From the sequence record PZ452595.1: a DNA stretch of 64,000 nucleotides, one strand, 5' to 3'. This DNA comes from a phage. A program made the translations under genes and the position numbers. Of this stretch, positions 12,671 to 24,834 are shown in pieces. The notes under the pieces are model-generated. The model saw only the letters and a list, made by a program, of their open reading frames with translations, did not search any database and was not told where the DNA came from. How positions within the stretch are numbered: position 1 is the first letter of the stretch; each line of letters begins with the position of its first letter.

Positions 12671-12887
12671 ATTGTTTTTCCGTTAAAACAGTAATATCAT
12701 AATAACAGTCAGAAGAAATTTTAATGGTGGAAACTTTATTATCAAAATACTCACGGGTCATTTTATGAGTATAATATTTTTTGCCATAAATGATAATAGG
12801 CTGATTTGGTCCTGGAACTTCTAACTCGCTTGGGTTAGGAAGTGTAAAAAGAACAACGTCAGAAGTATCTTTAAATCGTAAAATCAT
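12624..12887 (-). CDS. hypothetical protein (nrdA.2 position)
   Basis: First ATG at 12887 (87 aa); the track start at 12899 is a TTG; overlaps the next ORF by 47 nt. Confidence 0.45.
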   Translation of the reverse strand: MILRFKDTSDVVLFTLPNPSELEVPGPNQPIIIYGKKYYTHKMTREYFDNKVSTIKISSDCYYDITVLTEKQYAELSPRGPSMSGSE

Positions 12888-12907
12888 AAATCCTCGCAAT
12901 AATAAAA

Positions 12908-13767
12908 TTATACCGCCATCTTTCCTTTAATTGGCGGGTGAGATACATAGTCGTTAAGAACAAAATTATGCGGCTTTGCGAATTGACTCAACCAAAATAC
13001 CTGTGATTCTGTGTCCCATTCATCAAATTCATCTGGGAATTTTAATTGTAATTCGCATAAATCCATAGGTTCACGACGCAAAATTTCTTTACATTGTTCT
13101 ACGTGATTCATATAGATATGAGTATTACCGCCAGAAAATATCAAATCTCCCGGAATAAGATTACATATCTTAGCTACAATATGAACTAACGCAGCATATG
13201 ATGCAATATTAAATGGAAGACCGAGGAAAACATCTACTGATCGTTGATACCACTGAAGGTCAAGGTATCCATTACGAACATTAAATTGATAGAACATATG
13301 ACAAGGTGGTAATGCCATCTGCTTGAGTTCAGCTGGATTCCATGCTGAAACAATTTGACGCCTATCATTTGGCAGTTTTTTAATACGATCAATAACTTCT
13401 ATAATTTGGTCTACACCACCAAAATCACGCCACTGTTTTCCATAAATTGGACCAAGTTCACCGCTATGGTATCCTAAATCTTTTGCTTGATTTTCGTAAT
13501 TTTCATCCCAAACTGTTTTGCCTTGGATTAACGAATCATGTTGAATTAATCGCAAATCATTGACATTTGTGCTTCCCGATAAAAACCATATTAGCTCAGC
13601 AATGCAAGCTTTCCAGGCGAGCTTCTTAGTTGTTACTGCAGGAAAACCTTTAGTTAAATCCCAGCGTAATTTAGTACCGAACAAAGCAATTGTTCCTGTG
13701 CCTGTTCGGTCATCGGTTTCGTAGCCATTTTCCAGGATATCTTTAATTAAAAATTGGTATTGTTTCA

Positions 13768-13768
<1 letters not shown>
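12908..13768 (-). CDS. td: thymidylate synthase, intronless
   Basis: ATG at 13768 gives [26 protein letters not shown]... (286 aa), continuous; active-site region [11 protein letters not shown] present; track start 13780 is a TTG. Confidence 0.95.
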
Positions 13769-14793
<1,025 letters not shown>

Positions 14794-14797
<4 letters not shown>

Positions 14798-15153
14798 ATT
14801 ACCTCCCACTGAAAAGAGCTAGAAGCAAATCCGCTATCTTTAATCATTTTAACTAAAGTTACCATTCCTCTGTTAACTGCTTGTGCGATTTCATCAAAAA
14901 CTTCATCAATATCACCATAAAGATCGCTAAAAAGTTCTAATACGTTCTTCTGAACTTTTAATTTACAGCCAACAAATTCGCCTACAGTAAATTCGTTTCC
15001 GCCAATTCCAGTGTAAAACGTAATTACACCAGTTAATGGTCTTTCACTAGAACATAGGTCGTGTGATAAATTAATATAAGCCGTCCCGGGTGTAGTTTTA
15101 AGTTGGCAACGAATACTTACTCGAGCAATTCCAGCTACACGAATGTCAGACAT
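14794..15153 (-). CDS. hypothetical protein (frd.x block)
   Basis: 119 aa, ATG start, stop overlaps next ORF start (ATGA). Confidence 0.55.
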
Positions 15154-15163
15154 ATTATTTTCC

Positions 15164-15406
15164 TCAAACAGACTTTTTCACAATTTTCCAATCAGCTTTA
15201 AACTGCTCGACGTCAGAATGGTAAATCCAGAATCCTGCGCTTTCTCCGTCTTCATAAAGAGGACATCCATCGCATTCATCTTCCCATCCCATGTCACGTA
15301 AAAGATGTTCAGCTTTTTCAACAAGCTCAGAATCTTTACCGATGATATTAAAATACCATTTACCTCTAACTTCTGAATCTTTGATGCTCTGGCGTTGTAA
15401 TCTCAT
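15164..15406 (-). CDS. hypothetical protein (frd.x block)
   Basis: 80 aa, ATG start preceded by GAGGAG; early promoter 15435..15464 upstream. Confidence 0.55.
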   Translation of the reverse strand: MRLQRQSIKDSEVRGKWYFNIIGKDSELVEKAEHLLRDMGWEDECDGCPLYEDGESAGFWIYHSDVEQFKADWKIVKKSV

Positions 15407-15434
15407 TTTATTCTCCTCAGTAGTTGATAGGGTA

Positions 15435-15464
15435 ATAGTATCACACTACTACCCTGTTGTAAAC
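15435..15464 (-). promoter_or_regulatory. T4-type early promoter
   Basis: Minus sense GTTTACA, 17-nt spacer, TGa-TACTAT; shares the CAGTAGTTGATAG leader motif with other sites. Confidence 0.55.
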
Positions 15465-15466
15465 AA

Positions 15467-15727
15467 TTATTTTTGAATTTTATCGAGCCACTTACCAAGC
15501 TTAATCATTTCTTTAGTAGCCTTTTCCATACTTCTGAACTTAACCAATAGAGGATAGGTATCGACACCCATAACTAAACTGGTTACAAGACTGTGTTCAC
15601 CCACAAGCCATAATGAATACGTTTGAATATCGAGCCCGTAATTTCTGTCTTTATGGACCCGTACACCCATCACTTCAAATTTCTCACTAGCTTTTTCTAC
15701 CGCATCCAGGAAATCATCTTTAGTCAT
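15467..15727 (-). CDS. hypothetical protein
   Basis: ATG at 15727 (86 aa, MTKDDFLDAVEK...); track start is TTG. Confidence 0.45.
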   Translation of the reverse strand: MTKDDFLDAVEKASEKFEVMGVRVHKDRNYGLDIQTYSLWLVGEHSLVTSLVMGVDTYPLLVKFRSMEKATKEMIKLGKWLDKIQK

Positions 15728-15728
15728 A

Positions 15729-16115
15729 TTAGGCCTTAAAAGTTTTTCGCAAAAGTTCAATGATTTCGTCTACATTATTTTCGTCAACAATGCAGTGAAT
15801 TTTTGTTACGCCAGAAACCTTGTCTTCGATTTCATCTTCTTCAGAAGTCGGTTCTTTATATTCGCGGAAACAATAAAACTCTTCTTCACGAAGTTCAAAA
15901 TAATCATCACCCATACCATCATCATTATAGATTTCACCATTAGCACAAATGATTTCGGTTACATAATCAAAGCCATCTAAACTTAATATTGATTTAACTT
16001 CAAACCAACCACCATTTTCTTGAATGATGCCGACCATACTAGCATTTGATGAACTAATATCAATGAAAGATTTAATACGATGTGGATTTAACTCGTATTT
16101 TTTGCCGATTTCCAT
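15729..16115 (-). CDS. hypothetical acidic protein
   Basis: ATG at 16115 preceded by GAGGA (128 aa); an upstream ATG at 16130 lacks an SD. Confidence 0.45.
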   Translation of the reverse strand: MEIGKKYELNPHRIKSFIDISSSNASMVGIIQENGGWFEVKSILSLDGFDYVTEIICANGEIYNDDGMGDDYFELREEEFYCFREYKEPTSEEDEIEDKVSGVTKIHCIVDENNVDEIIELLRKTFKA

Positions 16116-16160
16116 TTTGATTTTCCTCATTTTAATAGGGGCTTGATAGCCCCTTGATAA

Positions 16161-16391
16161 TTATTGTTCAATCAGTCCCATGTAAAATTCTGCGTCTTCA
16201 GAATCCATGCCATCACAATATTCATTAGCCATAAAGCGGGTGAGGTCTTCAAGAGGACCTTCAATGACAATAGAAAAATTGCAATAATTGGGATCATCGT
16301 GAATACTTGTGATACTAAGTTCAGGATAACGATTACGAATAATTTCTTCGATATATTCAAAATCAACGATGTCAATATCAACTTTAGCCAT
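16161..16391 (-). CDS. hypothetical protein
   Basis: ATG at 16391 preceded by AGAGGA (76 aa); the longer track frame would start inside the promoter. Confidence 0.45.
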   Translation of the reverse strand: MAKVDIDIVDFEYIEEIIRNRYPELSITSIHDDPNYCNFSIVIEGPLEDLTRFMANEYCDGMDSEDAEFYMGLIEQ

Positions 16392-16434
16392 ATTATTTTC
16401 CTCTTTAATTATCAGCAGTATTGCCGATAGTTTT

Positions 16435-16463
16435 ATAGTACCATGGAAGGACAAGGATGTAAA
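16435..16463 (-). promoter_or_regulatory. T4-type early promoter
   Basis: Minus sense GTTTACA, 17-nt spacer, TGG-TACTAT; immediately downstream of the gene 32 terminator. Confidence 0.55.
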
Positions 16464-16491
16464 CAGTTTTGCGAAAAATTTTTAAAATAAA

Positions 16492-16514
16492 AAAGGGGAC
16501 CCTAGAGGTCCCCA
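16492..16514 (-). terminator. rho-independent terminator after gene 32
   Basis: Stem GGGGACC / GGTCCCC with 5-nt loop, followed in minus sense by UUUUUAUUUU. Confidence 0.65.
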
Positions 16515-16535
16515 ATTAATTAGTAATATAATCTA

Positions 16536-17444
16536 TTAAAGGTCATTCAAAAGGTCATCCAGGTCCGTGTCATCAGCACTAGATGAACTGCCAGAGCTTG
16601 AGCTCATAAAATCATCTTCAGTTTTTGTATTGAAGTCATCAACATTGAATGCATCCAAATCATCAGCAACTTTATCAGCTTTCTTAGCAGCAGTTGCAGC
16701 GGCACCGCCCATCACAGCAGTTCCCATAACTTGACCGAATTTAGTGCTCAGTTCTTCAAATGATTTGAATTTATCTTTAGAAGTCATTTCAGAAAGGTCA
16801 ACCATTTGTTCGAACAGTTCTTTCTGGAAAGATTCATCATCAATGTTTGGAATCGCAGATTGATTCAGGAATTTAGATTCATCGTAGTTACTAAATCCAG
16901 AAACCTGTTTAACTTTCAGTACAAAGTTAGCACCTTCCCACGGACAAGTTACATCAACCGGAGTTTCACCCATTTCAACATCAACTGCAATCATTGCATT
17001 GATTTTATCCCAGATTTTCTTACCGAAACGGTATTTAAATACTTTACCTTCATTTTCTGGAGCAGCTGGGTCTTTTACAACAAGAATGTTAGCCCAGTAA
17101 GAAGTTTTACGTTTAACAAGACTGTACTCTTTATTGTCAGTGTTGTACAGATCATTTTTACTGATGTATTGACATACTGGGCAAGAATCGTAATCACCGT
17201 GGGTAGATGAACAGTTTTCAATATACCATTTACCATTTTTCTTGAAACCGTGATTTACAAGAATTGCGAATGGTGCTTGTTCATCATTTTTAGACGGAAG
17301 AAAACGAATTACTGCTTGACCGTTACCCGCATTGTCGAGTTTCAGTTTCCACTCGCCTTTATCTTCAGAAGAAAAACCACCTTTATTTCCAGCCAGTTTA
17401 GCCATTTGCGCAGCGAGTTCAGCAGTAGATTTACGTTTAAACAT
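16536..17444 (-). CDS. 32: single-stranded DNA binding protein gp32
   Basis: 302 aa, [24 protein letters not shown]...; zinc-binding residues and acidic C-terminal tail; matches T4 gp32. Confidence 0.96.
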   Translation of the reverse strand: MFKRKSTAELAAQMAKLAGNKGGFSSEDKGEWKLKLDNAGNGQAVIRFLPSKNDEQAPFAILVNHGFKKNGKWYIENCSSTHGDYDSCPVCQYISKNDLYNTDNKEYSLVKRKTSYWANILVVKDPAAPENEGKVFKYRFGKKIWDKINAMIAVDVEMGETPVDVTCPWEGANFVLKVKQVSGFSNYDESKFLNQSAIPNIDDESFQKELFEQMVDLSEMTSKDKFKSFEELSTKFGQVMGTAVMGGAAATAAKKADKVADDLDAFNVDDFNTKTEDDFMSSSSGSSSSADDTDLDDLLNDL

Positions 17445-17518
17445 TTTTATTTCCTTTTTAATTTAATTAACAGTTGGTGCTATGACGATGTATGACCTCA
17501 TAGCTGGTCAGTAAGATA

Positions 17519-17543
17519 ATTATAATCTATTTATAATAAGCAA
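17519..17543 (-). promoter_or_regulatory. gene 32 regulatory region: middle promoter with overlapping late promoter
   Basis: Minus sense tTGCTTa (MotA-box-like), 12 nt, TATAAT; a late-type TATAAATA lies inside the spacer (17528..17535); AU-rich leader follows. Confidence 0.5.
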
Positions 17544-18197
17544 TTAATACTTGCAAGATTTCACAGTTTCAATGAAAACATTTTTAGCTTTCTGTGAATC
17601 AATATTTAAAATTTTTCTATAAGCCTTTAACTTTATAGAATAATTATTCCAGACTAAATTATCAGTCTGTTCATCATGTTTATCAATTATATTTAAAAAC
17701 GAATCAAGCAAGATAAACGTCTCAAACGAAATTATGTTCGATTGCAGAAGTTTAAAAATATAACTTGACTGAACCTTTGGATTATATTCAAAGATTTCTT
17801 TAAAAGCAGAAACTTCAACTTTTTTACTAAAATAGTAAATATTGCGAATATCTTCTTCAAACTTAAATTTAATTTGCTTTAAGCGTCCGATATATTCACG
17901 ATAAAACACAAGTGCATCAGCGTCAGAGATGTCACCAATCCAAGCATCTTGGTTAGCAACCAAATTACTTATAAAGATTAAAGCAAGTTCCTTTAATTTA
18001 TATTTTTCTGATAACTTCTGGAAAAAATACTTATCCCTTCGCTTTTGATAAGCGGCATCAGACACCCGCATGCACCAATTATACTTAATTACATCATACT
18101 TTCCATTCATATGCTGTTTTATCATTAAGTATAATTTATAAACTGATTTACCATCAATGTATCTTTCACCACCAGCAGGCATGCGGAGTTTAATCAT
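17544..18197 (-). CDS. 59: gp59 helicase loader
   Basis: 217 aa, ATG start; same length and position (33-59-32) as T4 gp59. Confidence 0.9.
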   Translation of the reverse strand: MIKLRMPAGGERYIDGKSVYKLYLMIKQHMNGKYDVIKYNWCMRVSDAAYQKRRDKYFFQKLSEKYKLKELALIFISNLVANQDAWIGDISDADALVFYREYIGRLKQIKFKFEEDIRNIYYFSKKVEVSAFKEIFEYNPKVQSSYIFKLLQSNIISFETFILLDSFLNIIDKHDEQTDNLVWNNYSIKLKAYRKILNIDSQKAKNVFIETVKSCKY

Positions 18198-18532
18198 AGC
18201 AGAAAATCTAATGTATTAGTTTTTTCACAACGAACAACAGAAGGACGTAAAAGATTTTCGTCAATAGCTTCTGACTGAATTTTTTCAATTATACCCGAAG
18301 GAATAAATTTAGCAAATTGAGTTTCAGGAATAGAGTTTTCTTCTAAGAATGCTGTTGTAGCTTCAAGATAACTCATTCCAAACTCTTCTACCATTTTTTC
18401 AATAATAAATCCGTTTTCTTGACGATCAAGAAGCTTTGCTATTTCATCCTTTTCTTTCTTAATTGAAAGTTCTTTTTCTGAAAGACCGGTCTCATCGACC
18501 GGACGAATATCATTTAGAGAAAACTGTGTCAT
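18194..18532 (-). CDS. 33: gp33 late transcription co-activator
   Basis: ATG at 18532 gives MTQFSLNDIRPVDE... (112 aa as in T4); track start is TTG; stop overlaps gene 59 start (ATGA). Confidence 0.88.
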   Translation of the reverse strand: MTQFSLNDIRPVDETGLSEKELSIKKEKDEIAKLLDRQENGFIIEKMVEEFGMSYLEATTAFLEENSIPETQFAKFIPSGIIEKIQSEAIDENLLRPSVVRCEKTNTLDFLL

Positions 18533-18779
18533 AAAGTTCAACTACCTCTTCAGTTTCAGCTTCAAACACATCACGGTTATCTTTATGATACAAAGCTAAT
18601 AGACGATTAAACATCTTACCATCAACGCCAAGTTCATCTTTGGCACGAATTCGAATATCTTTAATCAGTTCATTATAACCGGAAATTTTCAGTTTATGAT
18701 CAGATGCTTCTTTAATAAATTTAGCCAAGTCTTCGCCATGGATAGCTTCATCAAATTCAACCATTTCTTTTTTAGCCAT
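18510..18779 (-). CDS. dsbA: double-stranded DNA binding protein DsbA
   Basis: 89 aa, ATG start; length and position between rnh and 33 match T4 dsbA. Confidence 0.85.
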   Translation of the reverse strand: MAKKEMVEFDEAIHGEDLAKFIKEASDHKLKISGYNELIKDIRIRAKDELGVDGKMFNRLLALYHKDNRDVFEAETEEVVELYDTVFSK

Positions 18780-18787
18780 TATTCACC

Positions 18788-19705
18788 TCAAAATTCATTA
18801 ATGCTATTAGTTAATTTAGAAAGACCCGCTTTTACAAAATATGAATAAATTTTGCCACGCGGTGGTAATTTATATGAATTATAGTAATTCACAATGTTTG
18901 AAGCAATATTATCAGGAATATAATCAAAATCAATTAGAACTAAATTTTCTTTATAACGATTATATTCAGATTCTGTGAGAAGCACCTTAGCTTGCTCACG
19001 GTCATTAGCAATAGCTTCAACGATTGAAGTTTTCATTGAAGGAGTTCGTTCACCTTCAACTCTGGTAAACCAAAAGTCAGATCGTACTTTAACTGAAGCA
19101 ACGTTATCCTTTTTGTCGCCTTTAAGGATTTTAGTCATACAATCAATTTCAGCAGAACCGCTTTTAATTTTAACCCATTTCTTATGCATCGGAGACCATT
19201 GCTTAACATTTGGATATTTGTGAAGCTGAGTGAAGTCACCATCAGATGAAATGATTAAAATCTTATGTCCTTCTAAAGAGAACTTTTTAACAAGAACAGC
19301 AATGTGGTCATCTGCTTCATACTTATCAATATCCATAACAATGTATGGCATATAAGCTTTTAATTCATCTATAACTTTATGGCTGGATTCAAAATAACCT
19401 TCCCAGTCCCAAGTAGATTCTTCTCGTGCTTTTCCACGGTTTTTCTTATAATAATAGGCGAAATCACGACGCCAATATCCAGATTTCGCGTTATCAATAC
19501 ACAGTACAATTTTAGTGTATCCAAGCGTTTTTGCTTTTTTGACATTAAACTTAATTGAGTTCAATATCAAATGACGAACCATTGATAAATTAATTTTTTC
19601 TTTATCTGGGAAGTTTACAAGAGCAGTTGAAAGCGCAATTTGACTAAAGTCAATAAAGCAAATTCCTTCTTTGTAGTCTTCATCCAGCATCATTTCTAAA
19701 TCCAT
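18788..19705 (-). CDS. rnh: RNase H (5'-3' exonuclease / flap endonuclease)
   Basis: ATG at 19705 gives MDLEMMLDEDYKEGIC... (305 aa as in T4); FEN-family acidic residues; track start is TTG. Confidence 0.92.
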   Translation of the reverse strand: MDLEMMLDEDYKEGICFIDFSQIALSTALVNFPDKEKINLSMVRHLILNSIKFNVKKAKTLGYTKIVLCIDNAKSGYWRRDFAYYYKKNRGKAREESTWDWEGYFESSHKVIDELKAYMPYIVMDIDKYEADDHIAVLVKKFSLEGHKILIISSDGDFTQLHKYPNVKQWSPMHKKWVKIKSGSAEIDCMTKILKGDKKDNVASVKVRSDFWFTRVEGERTPSMKTSIVEAIANDREQAKVLLTESEYNRYKENLVLIDFDYIPDNIASNIVNYYNSYKLPPRGKIYSYFVKAGLSKLTNSINEF

Positions 19706-19766
19706 ATGAACCTCGTTCAATTAGTGAGATTTCTATTATATACCATCTAAATCTTAAAGTAAACAA

Positions 19767-19774
19767 GTATAAAT
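19767..19774 (+). promoter_or_regulatory. late promoter for the tail fiber operon
   Basis: Exact TATAAATA about 36 nt upstream of the gene 34 ATG. Confidence 0.65.
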
Positions 19775-19809
19775 ACTTATTATTGAAAACACAATAGGAG
19801 CCCGGGAGA

Positions 19810-22800
19810 ATGGCCGAGATTAAAAGAAAGTTCAGAGCAGAAGATGGTCTGGACGCAGGTGGTGATAAAATAATCAACGTAGCTTTAGCTGATCGTGCCG
19901 TAGGAACTGATGGCGTTAACGTTGATTACTTAATTCAAGAAAACACAGTTCAACAATATGATCCAACTCGTGGATATTTAAAAGATTTTGTAATCATTTA
20001 TGATAACCGCTTTTGGGCTGCTATAAATGATATTCCAAAACCAGCAGGAGCTTTTAATAGCGTACGATGGAGAGCGTTACGTACTGATGCAAACTGGACA
20101 ACTGTTTCATCAGGACCTTATCAATTAAAATCGGGCGAATCAATTTCAGTTGATACTGCAGCTGGTAATGACATTACATTTACTTTACCATCTTCTCCAA
20201 TTGATGGTGATACCATCGTTCTCCAAGATATTGGAGGAAAACCTGGAGTTAATCAAGTTTTAATTACAGCTCCGGTACAAAGCATTGTAAATTTTAGAGG
20301 TCAGCAAGTACGTTCAGTACTAATGACTCATCCAAAATCACAGATAGTTTTAATTTTTAGTAATCGTCTGTGGCAAATGTATGTCGCTGATTATAGTAGA
20401 GAAGCTGTAGTTGTAACGCCTGCGAGTCTCTATCAAGCGCAATCAAACGATTTTATCGTACGTAGATTTACTTCTGCTGCACCAATTAATGTTAAACTTC
20501 CAAGATTTGCTAATCATGGAGATATTATTAATTTCGTCGATTTAGATAAACTAAATCCACTTTATCATACAATTGTTACTACATACGATGAAACGACTTC
20601 AGTACAAGAAGTTGGAACTCATTCCATTGAAGGCCGTACAACGATTGACGGTTTCTTGATGTTTGATGATAATGAGAAATTGTGGAGATTGTTTGACGGG
20701 GATAGTAAAGCGCGTTTACGCATTATAACGACTAATTCTAATATTCGTCCAAATGAAGAAGTTATGGTATTTGGCGCGAATAATGGAACAACCCAAACAA
20801 TTGAACTTCAGCTTCCAACTAATATTTCTGTTGGTGATACTGTTAAAATTTCCATGAATTACATGAGAAAAGGACAATCAGTTAAAATCAAAGCTGCAGG
20901 TGAAGATAAAATTGCTTCTTCAGTTCAATTGCTGCAATTCCCAAAACGCTCAGAATATCCACCTGAAGCTGAATGGGTAACAGTTCAAGAATTAGTTTTT
21001 AACGGTGAAACTAATTATGTTCCAGTTTTGGAGCTTGCTTATATAGAAGATTCTGATGGAAAATACTGGGTTGTACAACAAAACGTTCCAACTGTAGAAA
21101 GAGTAGATTCTTTAAATGATTCTACTAGAGCAAGATTAGGCGTAATTGCTTTAGCTACACAAGCTCAAGCAAATGCTGATTTAGAAAATTCTCCACAAAA
21201 AGAATTGGCAATTACTCCAGAAACGTTAGCTAATCGTACTGCTACAGAAACTCGTAGAGGTATTGCAAGAATAGCAACTACTGCTCAAGTTAACCAGGAT
21301 ACTACATTCTCTTTTGCTGATGATATTATCATCACTCCTAAAAAGCTAAATGAAAGAACAGCTACTGAAACTCGCAGAGGTGTTGCTGAAATTGCTACGC
21401 AGCAAGAAACTAATGCAGGAACCGATGATACTACAATCATTACTCCTAAAAAGCTTCAAGCTCGTCAAGGTTCTGAGTCATTATCTGGTATTGTAACTTT
21501 TGTATCTACTGCAGGTGCTACTCCAGCTTCTAGCCGTGAATTAAATGGTACGAATGTTTATAATAAAAACACTAATAATTTAGTTGTTTCACCTAAAGCT
21601 TTGGATCAGTATAAAGCTACTCCAACGCAACAAGGCGCAGTAATTTTAGCAGTTGAAAGTGAAGTAATTGCTGGACAGAGTCAAGAAGGATGGGCAAATG
21701 CGGTTGTAACGCCAGAAACGTTACATAAAAAGACATCAACTGATGCAAGAATTGGTTTAATTGAAATTGCTACGCAAAGTGAAGTTAATACAGGAACTGA
21801 TTATACACGTGCAGTCACTCCTAAAACTTTAAATGACCGTAGAGCAACTGAAAGTTTAAGTGGTATAGCTGAAATTGCTACGCAAGTTGAATTCGACGCA
21901 GGCGTCGACGATACTCGTATCTCTACACCATTAAAAATTAAAACCAGATTTAATAGTACTGATCGTACTTCTGTTGTTGCTCTATCTGGATTAGTTGAAT
22001 CAGGAACTCTCTGGGACCATTATACCCTTAATATTCTTGAAGCAAATGAGACACAGCGTGGTACACTTCGTGTAGCTACACAAGTCGAAGCTGCTGCAGG
22101 AACATTAGATAATGTTTTAATAACTCCTAAAAAGCTTTTAGGTACTAAATCTACTGAAGCACAAGAAGGTGTTATTAAAGTTGCAACTCAGTCTGAAACT
22201 GTGACTGGAACATCAGCAAATACTGCTGTATCTCCAAAAAATTTAAAATGGATCGTGCAGAGCGAACCTACCTGGGCAGCTACTACTCTAATAAGAGGTT
22301 TTGTTAAAACTTCATCTGGTTCAATTACGTTTGTTGGTAATGATACAGCTGGTTCAACACAGCCATTAGAATCATATGAGAAAAATGGTTATGCAGTATC
22401 ACCATATGAATTAAACCGTGTATTAGCAAATTATTTGCCATTAAAAGCAAAAGCTGTAGATAGTAATTTATTGGATGGTCTAGATTCATCTCAGTTCATT
22501 CGTAGGGACATTGCGCAGACAGTTAATGGTTCACTAACCTTAACCCAACAAACGAATCTGAGTGCCCCTCTTGTATCATCTAGTACTGCTACGTTTGGTG
22601 GTTCAGTTTCGGCAAATAGTGTACTAACTATTTCTAATACTGGAACAGAAACTCATCTGATTTTTGAGAAAGGACCTCAAACTGGAACTAACCAAGCGCA
22701 GACGGTGACTATTAGAGTGTGGGGTAATCAATTTAGTGGGGAATCAGATACAACACGTTCTACTGTATTTGAAGTTGGTGATGAAACGTCTAATCACTTT

Positions 22801-23679
22801 TATTCTCAGCGTAATAAAGCTGGAAATATAACATTTAATATCAATGGTACAGTAACACCTATAAATGTTAATGCTTCAGGAACATTGAATGCAAATGGTG
22901 TAGCAACATTTGGTAATTCAGTCACTGCAACTGGTGAAATTATTTCTCGAAGCGCAAATGCTTTCCGTGCTATTAACGGAAATTATGGTTTCATTGTTCG
23001 CAATGATGGATCAGTAACGAATTTTATGCTTACTGCATCGGGTGATCAAACTGGCGGATTTAATGGATTGCGTCCTTTAGCTATTAATAATGCATCTGGC
23101 CAAGTAACGATTGGCGAAAGCTTAATTATTGCCAAAGGTGCTACTATAAATTCAGGCGGTTTGACTGTTAACTCGAGAATTCGTTCTCAGGGTACTAAAA
23201 CATCTGATTTATATACACGCGCACCAACATCTGATACTGTAGGATTCTGGTCAATTGATATTAACGATTCAGCCACTTATAATCAGTTCCCGGGTTATTT
23301 TAAAATGGTTGAAAAAACTAATGAAGTGACTGGACTTCCATACTTAGAACGTGGTGAAGAGGTTAAATCTCCTGGTACATTGACTCAGTTTGGTAACACA
23401 CTTGATTCGCTTTACCAAGATTGGATTACTTATCCAACAACTCCAGAAGCGCGTACCACTCGTTGGACGCGTACATGGCAGAAAACTAAAAATTCTTGGT
23501 CAAGTTTTGTTCAGGTATTTGACGGAGGTAACCCTCCTCAGCCATCTGACATCGGTGCTTTACCATCTGATAATGCTATAATGGGTAATCTTACTATTCG
23601 TGATTTCTTACGAATTGGTAATGTTCGCATTATTCCTGACCCAGTGAATAAAACTGTTAAATTTGAATGGGTTGAATAA
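19810..23679 (+). CDS. 34: long tail fiber proximal subunit gp34
   Basis: 1289 aa, MAEIKRKFRAEDGLDAGGDKIINVALADR...; same length as T4 gp34; repeated ATP/ATQ beta-repeat segments. Confidence 0.96.
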   Translation: MAEIKRKFRAEDGLDAGGDKIINVALADRAVGTDGVNVDYLIQENTVQQYDPTRGYLKDFVIIYDNRFWAAINDIPKPAGAFNSVRWRALRTDANWTTVSSGPYQLKSGESISVDTAAGNDITFTLPSSPIDGDTIVLQDIGGKPGVNQVLITAPVQSIVNFRGQQVRSVLMTHPKSQIVLIFSNRLWQMYVADYSREAVVVTPASLYQAQSNDFIVRRFTSAAPINVKLPRFANHGDIINFVDLDKLNPLYHTIVTTYDETTSVQEVGTHSIEGRTTIDGFLMFDDNEKLWRLFDGDSKARLRIITTNSNIRPNEEVMVFGANNGTTQTIELQLPTNISVGDTVKISMNYMRKGQSVKIKAAGEDKIASSVQLLQFPKRSEYPPEAEWVTVQELVFNGETNYVPVLELAYIEDSDGKYWVVQQNVPTVERVDSLNDSTRARLGVIALATQAQANADLENSPQKELAITPETLANRTATETRRGIARIATTAQVNQDTTFSFADDIIITPKKLNERTATETRRGVAEIATQQETNAGTDDTTIITPKKLQARQGSESLSGIVTFVSTAGATPASSRELNGTNVYNKNTNNLVVSPKALDQYKATPTQQGAVILAVESEVIAGQSQEGWANAVVTPETLHKKTSTDARIGLIEIATQSEVNTGTDYTRAVTPKTLNDRRATESLSGIAEIATQVEFDAGVDDTRISTPLKIKTRFNSTDRTSVVALSGLVESGTLWDHYTLNILEANETQRGTLRVATQVEAAAGTLDNVLITPKKLLGTKSTEAQEGVIKVATQSETVTGTSANTAVSPKNLKWIVQSEPTWAATTLIRGFVKTSSGSITFVGNDTAGSTQPLESYEKNGYAVSPYELNRVLANYLPLKAKAVDSNLLDGLDSSQFIRRDIAQTVNGSLTLTQQTNLSAPLVSSSTATFGGSVSANSVLTISNTGTETHLIFEKGPQTGTNQAQTVTIRVWGNQFSGESDTTRSTVFEVGDETSNHFYSQRNKAGNITFNINGTVTPINVNASGTLNANGVATFGNSVTATGEIISRSANAFRAINGNYGFIVRNDGSVTNFMLTASGDQTGGFNGLRPLAINNASGQVTIGESLIIAKGATINSGGLTVNSRIRSQGTKTSDLYTRAPTSDTVGFWSIDINDSATYNQFPGYFKMVEKTNEVTGLPYLERGEEVKSPGTLTQFGNTLDSLYQDWITYPTTPEARTTRWTRTWQKTKNSWSSFVQVFDGGNPPQPSDIGALPSDNAIMGNLTIRDFLRIGNVRIIPDPVNKTVKFEWVE

Positions 23680-23687
23680 GAGGTATT

Positions 23688-24803
23688 ATGGAAAAATTTA
23701 TGGCAGAGTTTGGACAAGGATACGTCCAAACGCCATTTTTATCGGAAAGCAATTCAGTAAGATACAAAATAAGTATAGCGGGTTCTTGCCCGCTTTCTAC
23801 CGCAGGACCATATGTTAAATTTCAGGATAATCCTGTAGGAAATCAAACATTTAGCGCAGGTCTTCATTTAAGAGTTTTTGATCCTTCTACAGGAGCATTA
23901 GTTGATAGTAAGTCATATGCTTTTTCTACTTCAAATGATACTACATCAGCTGCTTTTGTTAGTTTCATGAATTCTTTGACAAATAATAGAATTGTTGCTA
24001 TATTAACTAGCGGAAAGGTTAATTTTCCTCCTGAAGTAGTATCTTGGTTAAGAACCGCCGGAACGTCTGCTTTTCCATCTGACTCTATATTGTCAAGATT
24101 TGATGTATCATATGCTGCTTTTTATACTTCTTCTAAAAGAGCTATTGCATTAGAGCATGTTAAATTAAGTAATAGAAAAAGCACAGATGATTATCAAACT
24201 ATTTTAGATGTTGTATTTGACAGTTTAGAAGACGTTGGAGCTACCGGGTTTCCAAGAAGAACATATGAAAGCGTTGAGCAGTTTATGTCAGCGGTTGGTG
24301 GAACTAATAACGAAATTGCACGTCTACCAACTTCATCCGCGATAAGTAAACTTTCTGACTACAATTTAATTCCTGGCGATGTTCTTTATCTTAAAGCACA
24401 ACTATATGCTGATGCCGATTTACTTGCTCTTGGAACTACGAATATATCCATTAGATTTTATAATGAATCGGATGGATATATTTCTTCAACACATGCTGAG
24501 TTTACTGGTCAAGCTGGGTCATGGGAATTAAAGGAAGACTATGTAGTTGTTCCTGAAAATGCGGTAGGATTTACGATATATGCACAAAGAACTGCCCAAG
24601 CAGGTCAAGGAGGCATGAGAAATTTAAGCTTTTCTGAAGTATCAAGAAATGGCGGCATTTCAAAACCTGCTGAATTCGGCGTCAATGGTATTCGTGTTAA
24701 TTATATCTGTGAATCTGCTTCACCTCCGGATATAATGGTACTTCCTACACAAGCATCGTCTAAAACTGGTAAAGTGTTTGGGCAAGAATTTAGAGAAGTT
24801 TAA
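23688..24803 (+). CDS. 35: long tail fiber hinge protein gp35
   Basis: 371 aa, starts 9 nt after the gp34 stop with AAGAGG upstream; length matches T4 gp35. Confidence 0.92.
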   Translation: MEKFMAEFGQGYVQTPFLSESNSVRYKISIAGSCPLSTAGPYVKFQDNPVGNQTFSAGLHLRVFDPSTGALVDSKSYAFSTSNDTTSAAFVSFMNSLTNNRIVAILTSGKVNFPPEVVSWLRTAGTSAFPSDSILSRFDVSYAAFYTSSKRAIALEHVKLSNRKSTDDYQTILDVVFDSLEDVGATGFPRRTYESVEQFMSAVGGTNNEIARLPTSSAISKLSDYNLIPGDVLYLKAQLYADADLLALGTTNISIRFYNESDGYISSTHAEFTGQAGSWELKEDYVVVPENAVGFTIYAQRTAQAGQGGMRNLSFSEVSRNGGISKPAEFGVNGIRVNYICESASPPDIMVLPTQASSKTGKVFGQEFREV

Positions 24804-24808
24804 ATTGA

Positions 24809-24834
24809 GGGAGCCTTCGGGTTCCCTTTTTCTT
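24809..24834 (+). terminator. stem-loop with U-run after gene 35
   Basis: GGGAGCC-UUCG-GGUUCCC followed by UUUUUCUUU. Confidence 0.55.
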